A stretch of DNA of 64,000 nt from an uncultured Gemmatimonadales bacterium (GCA_963798085.1 CAWCRS010000005.1:96001-160000), one strand, 5' to 3'; positions 1 through 11,264 are shown, counted from the first letter of the stretch. Numbers and translations are program-made. The notes: generated from the sequence alone by a model not told the origin.

Positions 1-100
1 AGCCCGGCGACTGGCCCGCGCCCGGCGAGGGCAGGAGGAGCAGCAGCGCCAGGCTGCCGCTCCTCAGGCCTGTCCACCTGCTAACGGAATGTTTGGGCAT
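1..100 (-). CDS. Partial CDS running off the window edge; signal-peptide-like N-terminus
   Basis: Manual translation from ATG at 100: MPKHSVSRWTGLRSGSLALLLLLPSPGAGQSPG. AGGAG lies upstream; it follows the S8 peptidase on the same strand. Confidence 0.4.
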   Translation of the reverse strand, partial: MPKHSVSRWTGLRSGSLALLLLLPSPGAGQSPG

Positions 101-127
101 GGCCGGGGGTGGTCTCCTGCCCGCGGG

Positions 128-3100
128 TCAGTGCCGGCCGCCGGAGCCGCCGGCGCCCGCCGTGGAGGTGATTTCCTCCAGATTCAGGTTGAACGGCACA
201 GCGCCCTGGAGCTGGCCCTGGAGCAGCACCGCGGCGAAGGGAACGCGGCCCGCGGGCAGCGTCGCGGCCAGCCAGGCGTGCGCCTGTACGGTCCAGTGCT
301 CGCCCACCTTGTGCTCGTGCGCGACATCCGCAGTGCTGACGCCGCCGAAGGATGGATTGAGCACCACATCGAGATAGTCGTACGTCGTCGTTTGCGACGG
401 AACCGTGGGCGCATCCACCACCACCCGCCACTTGCCCGCCGCCGGGTTGTTCACGGTCACGACTTCATCGCCCAGCGGATCGCTGTCCGTGCGCGGCGAG
501 CGGCTGCAGCCGTTCTTGCCCGTGCAGTCGAACACATACACGTCGAGATCGGCGCCGGCATCGGCGGGCCGCGACACACGCACCAGCAGATTCGTCGAGC
601 CGGGCGGCACGTCGATGTCGAAGCTGTTCTGCTCCTTCTCGTGGATGGTGGGGTGCTCGCGCCGCGCGCTGCCCAGCGGTACGCCCGCGGCAGCGCCGTT
701 GAAAGCGGCCATGCGATTGGTAATAGCGAGTTCGTATGTGGCCGTGCCGCCCGCGCGATTCAATGCCGCGGCTTCGGGCTGCACCGCGACGTCGCTGGCC
801 AGTGCCGAGACGGTGAGCGTCGCCGGCGTAGGCGGCACCGGGCCGCCCTTCTCGGACGCAGCGTAGTCGAATGTGTTCATGTCGGCGAGGTCGGAAAGGC
901 GGACCTCCCACACACCCGGCATCGGGTCGTTCACGATGTAGGTGGCGCGCATGCCTGCGCCGCCTCCCCGGCCACCACCGCCGCCACCGCGGCCCCGGCC
1001 CGTGTTCTCGGGCGTGGCGCGGACCGCCTGCGCCGTGCGCGTGTCCGGCTCCACCGCGGCCACGGCCAGCTCCCGCGTGGCGCCGGCAATGTCGATGCGC
1101 AGCGCGGTCGCGCCTGCAGGCACATTGTAGAACCAGCTGCGCATCTCGGGCCGCGGCACCTCCACCTTCTGCTGTACCGAGAAGTTGTTGGCGCTCGTCA
1201 GCTGCTCGGCGGCCACGATCGCGGTGAGCATGCGATAGGCGTGACCCGGTAACGTCGCGTTATCGAGCGTCAGGATGGCCGTGTGCGCGCCCGCGCTGCG
1301 CGGCGCAATGGCAATGCTCACGGGCACGGGCTTGTTCAGCGGCAGCGTGACCGAGGCGGGCGCCGAGAAGGTGGCGCTGTCGTTCCCGATCCAGTTGAGA
1401 TTGAAGGCCATGTCCTGCTTCGGTCCGGTCGTGCGGGTGAAGGTCACGGTGCGCTCGCCGTGATCGCCCGCGGCCCAGCCCTCGCGCTCGTAGAGGCCCA
1501 CGCCTGCATTGGGTGTGGGCAGCAGGCCGCTGAGCACGTGACGCACGGGCGCGTGACTCGTGATCGCCACCATGGGCGGCGCCTTGTCCAGCTGCTGCAG
1601 CATGTCCCATGCAGCGCCCACATTGAATACGCCACTGCCCTGCTTGTAGGCGGGCAGGTGCGGCACGTACCTCGCCGTGCTGACCACCGCCTGCTTGATG
1701 CGGAACGCGTCGTAGTGCACGCCCGTCTGCTTGGCCGCGCTGATGAGCAGCGCGACGGCGCCCGCGGCAGTGGGAGTCGCGGTGGAGGTGCCGCCCGAGA
1801 TGCGGTAGCCCGGAGGCAGCTTGTAGAGCCCGGCGAAGAGACCGCCGGCTTCCTCAAAGCCGCGATTGCCGCTGATGTAGTTCGAGGGCGAGATGATGTC
1901 GGCGCCGAACGCGCCATTGCCCATGGGACCGTAGCCGCCCGTGATGAGCAGATTGTCATCGTGCTCGACGCGCACGCCGTGGTTCACCAGGAAATTCTCC
2001 TTGCCCTCCTGCCCGCCGATGCCAATGGCGCCGTCCGCCATCACGATGTCATCGGTGCCGCCCAGCACGGGATAGTTGTGCGTAGGGATGATCAGCGGCT
2101 TGTGGTACTTCGCAATGAGCCGGCCGTAGATCACGGTGGGCACCAGGCGGCCGTCGCGCAGGGTGTAAGGCCGCGTTATGCCGGAGCTCTGCTCCATCCA
2201 CACGACATCCACGCGTGGATTCTTGACCGCGCGGATCACCGCCTCGGTCTGGCCGTAGGCGGCGCCGCCCTCGGGGAAGCTGCCCAGCTGGGCGCCCGGC
2301 GCCACGCCGTCGAAGCGGCCATTGGTGCCGCGGCTGCCGAGCGCGGAGCCCGTGATCAGCGACGCGTGCTGCGCCACGCCCAGATTGAGCGCGACGCGCT
2401 TCTTCGCATGATCGATCTGCACGCCGAAGCCGACGGACTCGCGCACGGGCGTGGCCGGATCGTCATGACCCAGCACACCGAACTCGGGCCGCACGCTGAA
2501 GTCGGTGAACGCCTTCTCGTCCGTGAAGCTGTGATTCTGGTTGGTGTCCACCCAGACGTTGTCGCTCTGCTCGTCCCAGATCACGGCGAACAGGTGGCTC
2601 GCGTCCTTCGGATTGCCGTCGCGGTTCAGGTCCTTGTCGACGCCTGCGCGCGACAGCGAATCGAACTTCACCTCGTCCAGCAGCTCGATGCGGAAGGCGC
2701 CATCGTGCGGCGCCGTGTAGGTCTGGCCCTCGTAGGAGAACTGGCCGCCGGTGGCGGTCACGCCATCCTTCATGCGCAGCCAGCGCCCATCATCTTCCTC
2801 GTCCGGATCCAGCGAATTCTCGTAGACGATGATCTTCTGGATGGGCTTGCCGTCGATGGACGTGGCCACCTGCAGCTCGGGTTCGAGCGGATCCGGGCTC
2901 AGGTCGATGAGTCCCATGGTGACGCCGCGGCCGTCGAAGGTCGGGTGGTCGCGCCGGAAATCGAGCGCCCGCAAGTCGCCCAGCGGGCTGTAACGGTGCG
3001 TTACCGGGTAGGCTCGGAGAGCTTCGGCGGCCATTCCTGGTTCTGCTCCTGCGTATTCGCCTTTGCCCCGCTCTCCGACTGCAGCGACCCCACGTACTCC

Positions 3101-3453
3101 CCCGCGCTGCCACCGCCGAAGCTGCCCTGGGGGCGTGAAATGTCCAGGCTGTGCACATTGGCGCTGCGCACCAGCTTCTCGACGCTGTCGACGGGGAAAC
3201 GCGCGCGCAGGTAGTCGACATCATCGTCGCGGTACTCGATGGTACCGCCCATCGCGGTGAGCGTCTTCGCCAGCCGGGCATTGGCGCCCGGCATGCTGGC
3301 AATGACCAGCAGCACATCCTTCTCGCCGCGCATGCGCGCGGTGATCAGGTCCTCGCGCGCGTCCTTGAAGAGAAACGGTCGACGGGGGGTCTGCGCGCTT
3401 GCGGCCTGCGCAACCAGGGTGAGCAGCAGTGCCACACTCCAGCGGGATCGCAT
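128..3453 (-). CDS. Secreted S8 (subtilisin-like) serine peptidase, about 1100 aa, split by a frameshift near 3012
   Basis: ORF 3001-3453 gives a signal peptide (MRSRWSVALLLTLVAQAASAQ) with a GAGGAG RBS. ORF 128-3034 has triad-like motifs GVTMGLID, AQHASLITG and SGGTSTATP, plus C-terminal PPC-like beta domains (DLDVYVFD, PAAGKWRVVV). Confidence 0.8.
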
Positions 3454-3706
3454 GGTTTCCTCCTCACTGGCCGGACAACGGGAATTACGTGTATCGGGGG
3501 GTGTGAACAGCGTTCATTCTACGCGCACGCAGCGACCGGGGAAATGGGCGCTGCACGGACGTGGCCGGCACGGGCGGGCCGGGACGCGGGCTGCGCAGGC
3601 CGCGGATCCGGCGATGTCCAGGTTGGCGCCACAACCGCGCTTCTCACACTGGGGTCGTTGTTGATGGCCCGGTGTGCAGATCCAGCGTTTCGCGACCCGC
3701 AGGGGC

Positions 3707-5137
<1,431 letters not shown>

Positions 5138-5161
5138 GTCACGACACCGCGCGCGGCCGCA

Positions 5162-6682
5162 TCACTCCGTGTTAGGCGTGATGGCCAGGATCTCGTGCTG
5201 CCCGTTCGGATGGCGCCGCGCCACCATGTTGTACACGCGGTGGCGCGTACGACCCTGGAACACGGGATAGCGGTGGCCGGTCCGGCGATGCTTCACGCTG
5301 CCCACCCGCCGCGAGTTACGCGCCAGCTTCTGCACGCGACGGCGCACGGCGGCGTGCGGCTTCTGCTGCACCGACGGCGGCAGCGACGACTGCGGCTGCA
5401 TGCGCATCAGGCGGTCGAGAATGTCCTGCAGCACCGTGGCGCTGATGGTCACGCTGTGGCCGTCCGCTGTCATGGCCGAAGCGTCTGCGGCCCGGTCGGG
5501 ACCGGAGGCGGCATCGTCGCCTGCACCCTCGAGCGGCGGCCCGCCACCCGGCGGAGGCCCATCCTCGAACTCGTAGGCCCACTCGTCTTCCAGTTCGAAC
5601 TGCGTGGTGATGGGCAGCTGCTTCGCTTCCGTGTAGGCATCGCTCAGCCACTTGCCGTATGTCGACACCTGGCCGGAACCGTTGTAGTAGGTGGCGAACT
5701 GAGTCCAGTTCCGGTCGCGCATGTACTTGACGAGATCGCCCGCCTGCGGCGCTGCCTGGTTGTGGCAGAAATCGAAGAAGCCCAGCACGTGCCAGCGCTC
5801 GTCCGCCTGGAACGCGTTGTACATGTCCACGGCCGAGGCGTACCCTAACACCTTGTAGTTGGAGCACAGGATCTGCGGGCCGCCAATGCTGATGCACTGG
5901 ACGGCCAGCGACTGGCCGGCCAGCCGGGTTGCCAGGGCGAGCGCCTTGTACTCGTCGGCCTGCTGGCCCGTGTGCAGCGGCTTCCAGGCGGCGGTCGTGC
6001 TCTCGCGGTACTGATGGTTCTCCCAGGAATTGCCGCTCACGCCGGCGTGGCCACCGTGCCGGAAGTACTGATCGTACGTGGATTGCGCCCCGCTGCCCCA
6101 GACCTTGTAGAGCAGGTGGTTCTCGAAGCGGATGATCGCCTGGTTGGGCGTGTGCGTCTTGCCGCCGCTTTCCACTTTCCACACGGCCAGCACCGCCTGC
6201 GGCTCGATCACCAGTTGTGAGGCGACCTTCTGAATCAGGCCGCCCACGCGATTGTACGTGTCCGCGATCGCCTTGCGTGCGCTGGACCAGCCGGCCTCCA
6301 CGAAGATGGGCTTGGGCGGTCCGAGAAACGCCTTCTGCAGGTCGGGCTGATCCTTGAGATACGGCGATGGCGGCGCGGCGGGCGCTGACGCAGGCGGTGC
6401 CGGTGCCGGTGAGGGCGCCGCCGGGGCGGGTGCAGGCGCGCTGCCGCCGAAGGGATTGGGGATCCACGACACCGCACGCTTCAGGGTGTCCATGCTGGGC
6501 AGCCAGCTGGAGCCGGGCGACTCGAATTCGAATTCGAACTCACTGTCAGGCCCGGCCTGGAAGCTCTCCGCTTCCGGCTGATAGAACCGGGCCGCGCGTT
6601 CGCCCAGCTGCGCGCGCCGGCGTTGGGCACGGCGAGCGCGGAAGCCGCGGTTGCCATACTCGCGATCGTCTGTGTACTGCAT
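5162..6682 (-). CDS. N-acetylmuramidase (DUF3380-like) domain protein, 506 aa, with acidic EFE/ELE segments and a basic C-terminal domain
   Basis: AVWKVESGG, IIRFENHL, SIGGPQILCSNYKVLGY and WTQFATYYNG match the phage-endolysin-type muramidase pattern. ATG at 6682 has an AAAGGAG RBS. Confidence 0.8.
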   Translation of the reverse strand: MQYTDDREYGNRGFRARRAQRRRAQLGERAARFYQPEAESFQAGPDSEFEFEFESPGSSWLPSMDTLKRAVSWIPNPFGGSAPAPAPAAPSPAPAPPASAPAAPPSPYLKDQPDLQKAFLGPPKPIFVEAGWSSARKAIADTYNRVGGLIQKVASQLVIEPQAVLAVWKVESGGKTHTPNQAIIRFENHLLYKVWGSGAQSTYDQYFRHGGHAGVSGNSWENHQYRESTTAAWKPLHTGQQADEYKALALATRLAGQSLAVQCISIGGPQILCSNYKVLGYASAVDMYNAFQADERWHVLGFFDFCHNQAAPQAGDLVKYMRDRNWTQFATYYNGSGQVSTYGKWLSDAYTEAKQLPITTQFELEDEWAYEFEDGPPPGGGPPLEGAGDDAASGPDRAADASAMTADGHSVTISATVLQDILDRLMRMQPQSSLPPSVQQKPHAAVRRRVQKLARNSRRVGSVKHRRTGHRYPVFQGRTRHRVYNMVARRHPNGQHEILAITPNTE

Positions 6683-6707
6683 GGCTCGTTCTCCTTTCCG
6701 CTCGCTG

Positions 6708-8432
6708 TCAGCGCGCAGTGCGCTCGCGCAGCATCCGGTTGCGCAGGTGAACCGCGGGTGGCAGGAAGCGGCCGTCGTCGCGCGTTCTTGCCTGCACCAC
6801 GGGCGTGTCGGTGAGACTGACACCCGTGACCACTTCGTAGGCGTGGATGTAGCCCTGGATCTCTTCCTTCCAGAAGCGCACCCATGCCTTGGCGAATGCC
6901 TGATCGCCAATGCTGTTCCACGCGACGTAGCGGATGGACAGCAGCAGCCGCTCGCCGTAGCGCGCCAGGTCGTTGAAGTTGATGCTGCTCGCGGGATGCC
7001 AGCCCTGCAGCCGCTTCATGGCATCGACGCCACCCATCCACTGCTCCGGATACGCCACCATCAAGCGGCCGCGCAGGAACTCTTTCATTTCCGGGCGCGC
7101 GATCATCCACTGCTGCAGCAGCATCTCGGCGCGCGCGGTCCACGGCAGATCGCGGAACTGGTTGTGAGCGCCTTCCGAGAGCACGAGGTGCACTTCCTTG
7201 AGCGAGCTGAGCACGGCGAACGCATCCGGGTTCACGGTCATGTCGTTGTCGAGCTTGATGAACAGATCGCACTCGCGCAGCAGCGTGTGGAACGCCTCGA
7301 TGAAGCGCGAGCGTGGATCCGCCGTGCGCATGGGCGGGATGGCGCGGCCGTACATGGTGAGTCCGTAGTGGTGATTGTACTCGTAGGCGCGCCGCACGAC
7401 GCTCAGCCGGTTGGGCTCATCCTGGATGTAGCCCCAGATGAAGCCGCCCAGCGGACGCAGCGGATCCAGCTCCAGCTCCGCCAGCGGATCACGACCGCCA
7501 TTCCTGCGCACGTTCTGGAAGCGGTGCGTGATGGCGTTCATGGTCTGCGTCAGCATGCCCTCTTCCATCCAGTACGACCAGATCAGCTCGATCATGGCGG
7601 GCGCACTGATGAGGCGGTGGTCCCAGATCGCGGACTGGCTCGATGCCGGCGTCACGCGGCCGCCGGGAAACACCGAGGGAATGATGGCGCGCAGATAGCT
7701 CCGGCTCGACGTGCCGAGGAACGTCGCCAGCACGCGTTCTGCCTCGCGGTATGTAAGCGACTGTTGGGGCATCAGCCGGTTCACGGTGCGATCGATCACC
7801 GCCTGCGCCGCCTGTGCGCCCGTGGCGGCATCGCGCGGAATGGGCAGCGGCATGGGATACGGGAAGTGGGTTTCCAGGTCGTGGTGCGCGACACCACCCT
7901 GCAGCAGCAGGAACGCCTCCGCCGCCGTCTTGAGCAGACCGTACATGTCGGTGCCCGGGATCGGGTGCAGGTGACGCAGCCGGTCGATCTGCGAGGCCAG
8001 CCGCGGGTTCGCTTCCTTGCCCGGATCGCCCCCCACCACACGCATCAGGAATTCATCGAAGCGCGGGAACGCGATGGACTCGCTGTGCAGCAGGATCGCC
8101 ATCCAGAAGACGCTGAGCTTTTCATCCGGCACCTCGAGCGGGCGCGTGAGCGCGCGCTCGATGGTGGTCAACGCCGGGAACTTGTCGGCGATCGCACCCA
8201 GGGCACCGGCGACGATGGGCGGCACCTCGTGCGCGAGGGCGCGACCAATGGCGCTGCCCGTCTCGGGATCCAGCCGCACCGTGGGCGAGAGCGGCGGCCG
8301 CGCCGCGTCGTCGCTCACCAGGGCATCGATAAGTTCGCGTTTGCGCCGGTGATCACCGCCCAGCTGGCGCTCGCGGGCCAGGGTGCGCAGCTCGTTGAAC
8401 TTCATGTCTTCGTATCTCGAACGATCAGCCAT
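6708..8432 (-). CDS. Hypothetical protein, 574 aa, with a Rho_N/HeH-like N-terminal module and a large unknown helical domain
   Basis: Long ORF with normal codon bias and AGGAGG RBS. N-terminus YEDMKFNELRTLARERQLGGDHRRKRELIDAL resembles Rho_N/SAP-type helix pairs. Confidence 0.8.
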   Translation of the reverse strand: MADRSRYEDMKFNELRTLARERQLGGDHRRKRELIDALVSDDAARPPLSPTVRLDPETGSAIGRALAHEVPPIVAGALGAIADKFPALTTIERALTRPLEVPDEKLSVFWMAILLHSESIAFPRFDEFLMRVVGGDPGKEANPRLASQIDRLRHLHPIPGTDMYGLLKTAAEAFLLLQGGVAHHDLETHFPYPMPLPIPRDAATGAQAAQAVIDRTVNRLMPQQSLTYREAERVLATFLGTSSRSYLRAIIPSVFPGGRVTPASSQSAIWDHRLISAPAMIELIWSYWMEEGMLTQTMNAITHRFQNVRRNGGRDPLAELELDPLRPLGGFIWGYIQDEPNRLSVVRRAYEYNHHYGLTMYGRAIPPMRTADPRSRFIEAFHTLLRECDLFIKLDNDMTVNPDAFAVLSSLKEVHLVLSEGAHNQFRDLPWTARAEMLLQQWMIARPEMKEFLRGRLMVAYPEQWMGGVDAMKRLQGWHPASSINFNDLARYGERLLLSIRYVAWNSIGDQAFAKAWVRFWKEEIQGYIHAYEVVTGVSLTDTPVVQARTRDDGRFLPPAVHLRNRMLRERTAR

Positions 8433-8447
8433 GACTACCTCCTGGGT

Positions 8448-9756
8448 TCAGACGGCAAGGGCCATGGGCGCGCGGCTGCTGCGTGCGGCAGCGCGCACGT
8501 GCGCGGCTTCACGCCGCAGCGCCCAGAACGTGAGCAGATCGGAAACCAGACGACCTTCGCCTTCCGGCGTCAGCCGCCCGTCGAAGCGGGCCTGACCGAT
8601 CAGCGCGAATGCGAGCGACGGCGGCAGCTCGCGCACTCGCTCGAACGAGCCGCTGAGCGGACGGAACGCCGCGCGCAGCCGGTCGGGTGGATGGGTGTCT
8701 ACGCGCAGCGCATCGGCCAGTGACTCGCCCTGCAGCCGGGGCGGCTGCAGCCGAGCCAGCCGATACGCCAGTTGCGGCAGCGTATCGCACAGCGCGTCGA
8801 TCGTGCGCCGACTCGCGGCCGGCAGATCCTCGGGCAGCGGATACGTCGCCCGCCAGGCACTCGCCAGCGCCTGCCACTGCGGGTGCGGAAACAGCGCATC
8901 GCCCATGGCACAGCTCAGCAGCATGCGCAGCCATGGCATGGGGTGCGGATCGTCTGTGGTGGCACGAAAGACGAACGCGCGCGGCAGTGTGACCAGCGCC
9001 ATGAGTCCCAGCGTCGAGGCAATGCCCACGCGCGCCACGGCCCACAGGTCAGCCAGGATCTCGGAGATCCAGCGCTGCCGAGATGGGCCAGGCCAGCCGC
9101 TCGGGCCCGCCGCGGCGCTGCCGTGCTTCGAACAGGTCGTTAGCAGCGTGCACCAGGTCCAGCAATGCCGCCGCCTGGTGCCCGACCTCGTGCACCAGCG
9201 ACAATGCCACGCCCGAGCCCACCATGCGCTCGCGCGGGACACGCACAATGGCCACCGGGTTGGCGGCGCCGCCCGGCAGTCGCGTGCGCGCGCGCCGGAT
9301 GGCAGCGCCGTGACCGCGATCCAGATAGCAGACCACGGGTGGCGCTTCGAAGCAGCCCGGCAGCGCCAGTGCATCGGACGCCGCGACGTCGAGCCCCGCC
9401 AGCCAGACGCCGGTCGGCTGCTCGCTGCGCTGCGTCAGCACATCGGCGAACAGATCGAACTGCGTCAGTACGAGGTTGAAGCGCAGGCGCAGAAACGCGA
9501 AGCGACGCTGTGCTTCCGCAGCGCCCGCCAGTTCCACGTCGTGGTGCAGCCATCCGAGAAAGTCTTCCAGCCGGTGACGCAGCTCGACGCGACCATCGGC
9601 GAGAAAGGCATCAATGGCGAGGCGTGCGGCGGGCGAGAAGGACGCGGCCGGCACCATCACCTCGTTGAGCGCAAATGGCCGCACCAGCGACAGCCGCACC
9701 ATCAGCGCTCTCGCCTCCTGCTCGAGCAGTCGCACGGCAAAACGTTCGGGACTCAA
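8448..9756 (-). CDS. Putative zinc metallopeptidase (HExxH...ExxAD), about 435 aa after removing one extra base at 9080
   Basis: LVHEVGHQ at 9178-9192 (ORF 9049-9825) and WISEILAD near 9048-9070 (ORF 8448-9374). Deleting base 9080 gives a continuous RLAWPIWQRWISEILAD. A TTG start at 9756 overlaps a TGA at 9753-9755. Confidence 0.72.
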
Positions 9757-9821
9757 CCCCAGACCCCGAGCAGGATGATGCGATTGCCCTCCCGCACCCA
9801 TTGCCCGCGTTGCGCGCGCGG

Positions 9822-10481
9822 TCAATGCGCGGGGTGCGGCCCCTCGTCGCGTACGGCGTGCGCAATGACGCGCCCCAGACCGGGCGCGTGCCGGCGCGCA
9901 GCCGCCAGCACCGCATTCCGGGCGACGTGGGCGGGTGGAGCTGCGTGCGGCGTCTCCGCTGCTTCGTGCGCGGCATCGGCGCCCAGGCGCACGAGGCGGC
10001 GCGCCACTTCGAACTCCTGGTCCTCGCCGCTCATCCCCTCCAGCTCGAGGCCGAACATGCGACCGGCGGTCGAGCCGAGCTTGCGCCCTAACACCGTGCC
10101 AGCACCCGGCAGCAGCACGCTGCCCACGGCCGCGCCGGTCAGCGGCAGCGCCGTCTTGGTCACCTGCTTCAGTACGCCACCCAGCGCGCGGCCCACGGGT
10201 GAGTGCGCCATACCGCGTACGCCTCTGGCCGCACGCGCGATCAGCTTGCCGAAGAAGTTCTCCAGCTCGTCTTCCGATGTGACTTCCAGCAGATTCGACG
10301 CGAGCTCCATTTCCTCGACTTCATCGAATACCGCCTCACCGTACAGCTCGCCCGCGGTCTGCTCCTGATCCTCGTCCTCGTCGAGCATCTCGAGCTCGAA
10401 GCCGTCGCCAGCGGCCTCGAACTCGGGCTCAATGTCGTACTCGGGCTCGACTTCGAGGAGGTTTCGATCCAGGTCGTGCAT
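9822..10481 (-). CDS. Hypothetical protein with an acidic leader, an amphipathic helix and a glycine-zipper segment (219 aa; 242 aa to 9753 if the TGA at 9822-9824 is bypassed)
   Basis: ATG at 10481 with GGAGG RBS. Sequence MHDLDRNLLE...EEMELASNLLEVTSEDELENFFGKLIARAARG...GAAVGSVLLPGAGTVLGRKLGSTAGRMFGLELEGMSGEDQEFEVARR. Confidence 0.8.
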   Translation of the reverse strand: MHDLDRNLLEVEPEYDIEPEFEAAGDGFELEMLDEDEDQEQTAGELYGEAVFDEVEEMELASNLLEVTSEDELENFFGKLIARAARGVRGMAHSPVGRALGGVLKQVTKTALPLTGAAVGSVLLPGAGTVLGRKLGSTAGRMFGLELEGMSGEDQEFEVARRLVRLGADAAHEAAETPHAAPPAHVARNAVLAAARRHAPGLGRVIAHAVRDEGPHPAH

Positions 10482-10530
10482 GGGCCCTCCCGGTAACTGG
10501 AAATGCAAATGCTTCCAGCCGTCCGGGCAG

Positions 10531-10545
10531 GCACGCACCGCGCCA
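10531..10545 (-). promoter_or_regulatory. Candidate sigma-54 (-24/-12) promoter for the four-gene operon
   Basis: Minus strand reads TGGCGCG-GTGC-GTGC, i.e. GG-N10-GC with two mismatches to TGGCACG-N4-TTGC, about 50 nt upstream of ATG 10481. A bEBP gene flanks the operon. Confidence 0.5.
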
Positions 10546-10689
10546 CGCCAAGTTGTTGATTCTTCGTGGGTGGGAGTGAAGCCAGTTTCGGTAGGGGTGC
10601 AGCGGACGGGCAAAGCTGCGAAGTCGCCTTCGCACGCGATCGCAGCCTTCAGCCCCGGATCAGGCCGGCTGGTGCTCCACCTCGCTCAG

Positions 10690-11150
10690 CAGAGCGGCGC
10701 CGCGGACAAGGGCGCGCAGAGCATGCACCGCCCGAGCGAGGCCATCGAACGCATCAAGGCCTCCAGCGATGCCCAGCAAGATCGTGAAGACCATCAATGA
10801 GATCGCCTTCCAGACCAGCCTGCTGGCCCGCAATGCGGCCGTCGAAGCGGCGAGTGCCGGTGACGCGGGCCAGGGCTTCGCCGTCGTCGCCGAGGAAGTC
10901 CGCAACCTCGACATGCGCAGTGCGGAAGCCGCGCGCAACGCGGCGTCGCTGATCAGGAACCCATCAGGAATGCGGAAGGCGGCGTGCAGATCAACACCGA
11001 GGTGACGGCCAACCTGTCGCAAATCAACGGCGCCATTGACAAGGTGCGCGAAGTGATAGGCGAAGTCGCGGCCGCCAGTCAGGAGCACGACGAAGTGATC
11101 CGCCAGATCTCACCGCCATGGACCAGGCGAACGGCGTGACACACGCGCGG
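10690..11150 (+). pseudogene. Decayed methyl-accepting chemotaxis protein signalling-domain fragment
   Basis: [10 protein letters not shown] / [49 protein letters not shown] / GGVQINTEV...AAASQE are spread across frameshifts. Normally conserved residues are substituted, and there is no N-terminal sensor or start. Confidence 0.8.
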
Positions 11151-11264
11151 AGCCTGCCGCGCCCGTGCGCCGGGCGGCGCTCGCCGAATTCTGACAGCAG
11201 CGTCGTCGCCTTTCCAGACGGCGATTCCCGCAGGTCCATGGAACGCGGGCTCCATTTCCGGGGA

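Noticed and set aside
3623..3638. TTGGCGCCACAACCGC as a sigma-54 promoter for the bEBP
   Set aside because: The spacing fits, but the -12 element (CCGC) is poor and such matches are common in GC-rich DNA.
6600..6660. Arg pairs in the muramidase N-terminus as a Tat signal
   Set aside because: No hydrophobic h-region follows RARRAQRRR.
5162..6682. Prophage lysis cassette
   Set aside because: No holin, spanin, integrase, capsid or tail genes are recognisable in the window.
9822..9824. Selenocysteine recoding of the in-frame TGA
   Set aside because: It lies in a low-complexity linker with no redox motif, and I could not identify a SECIS-like hairpin. A base error or nonsense mutation is simpler.
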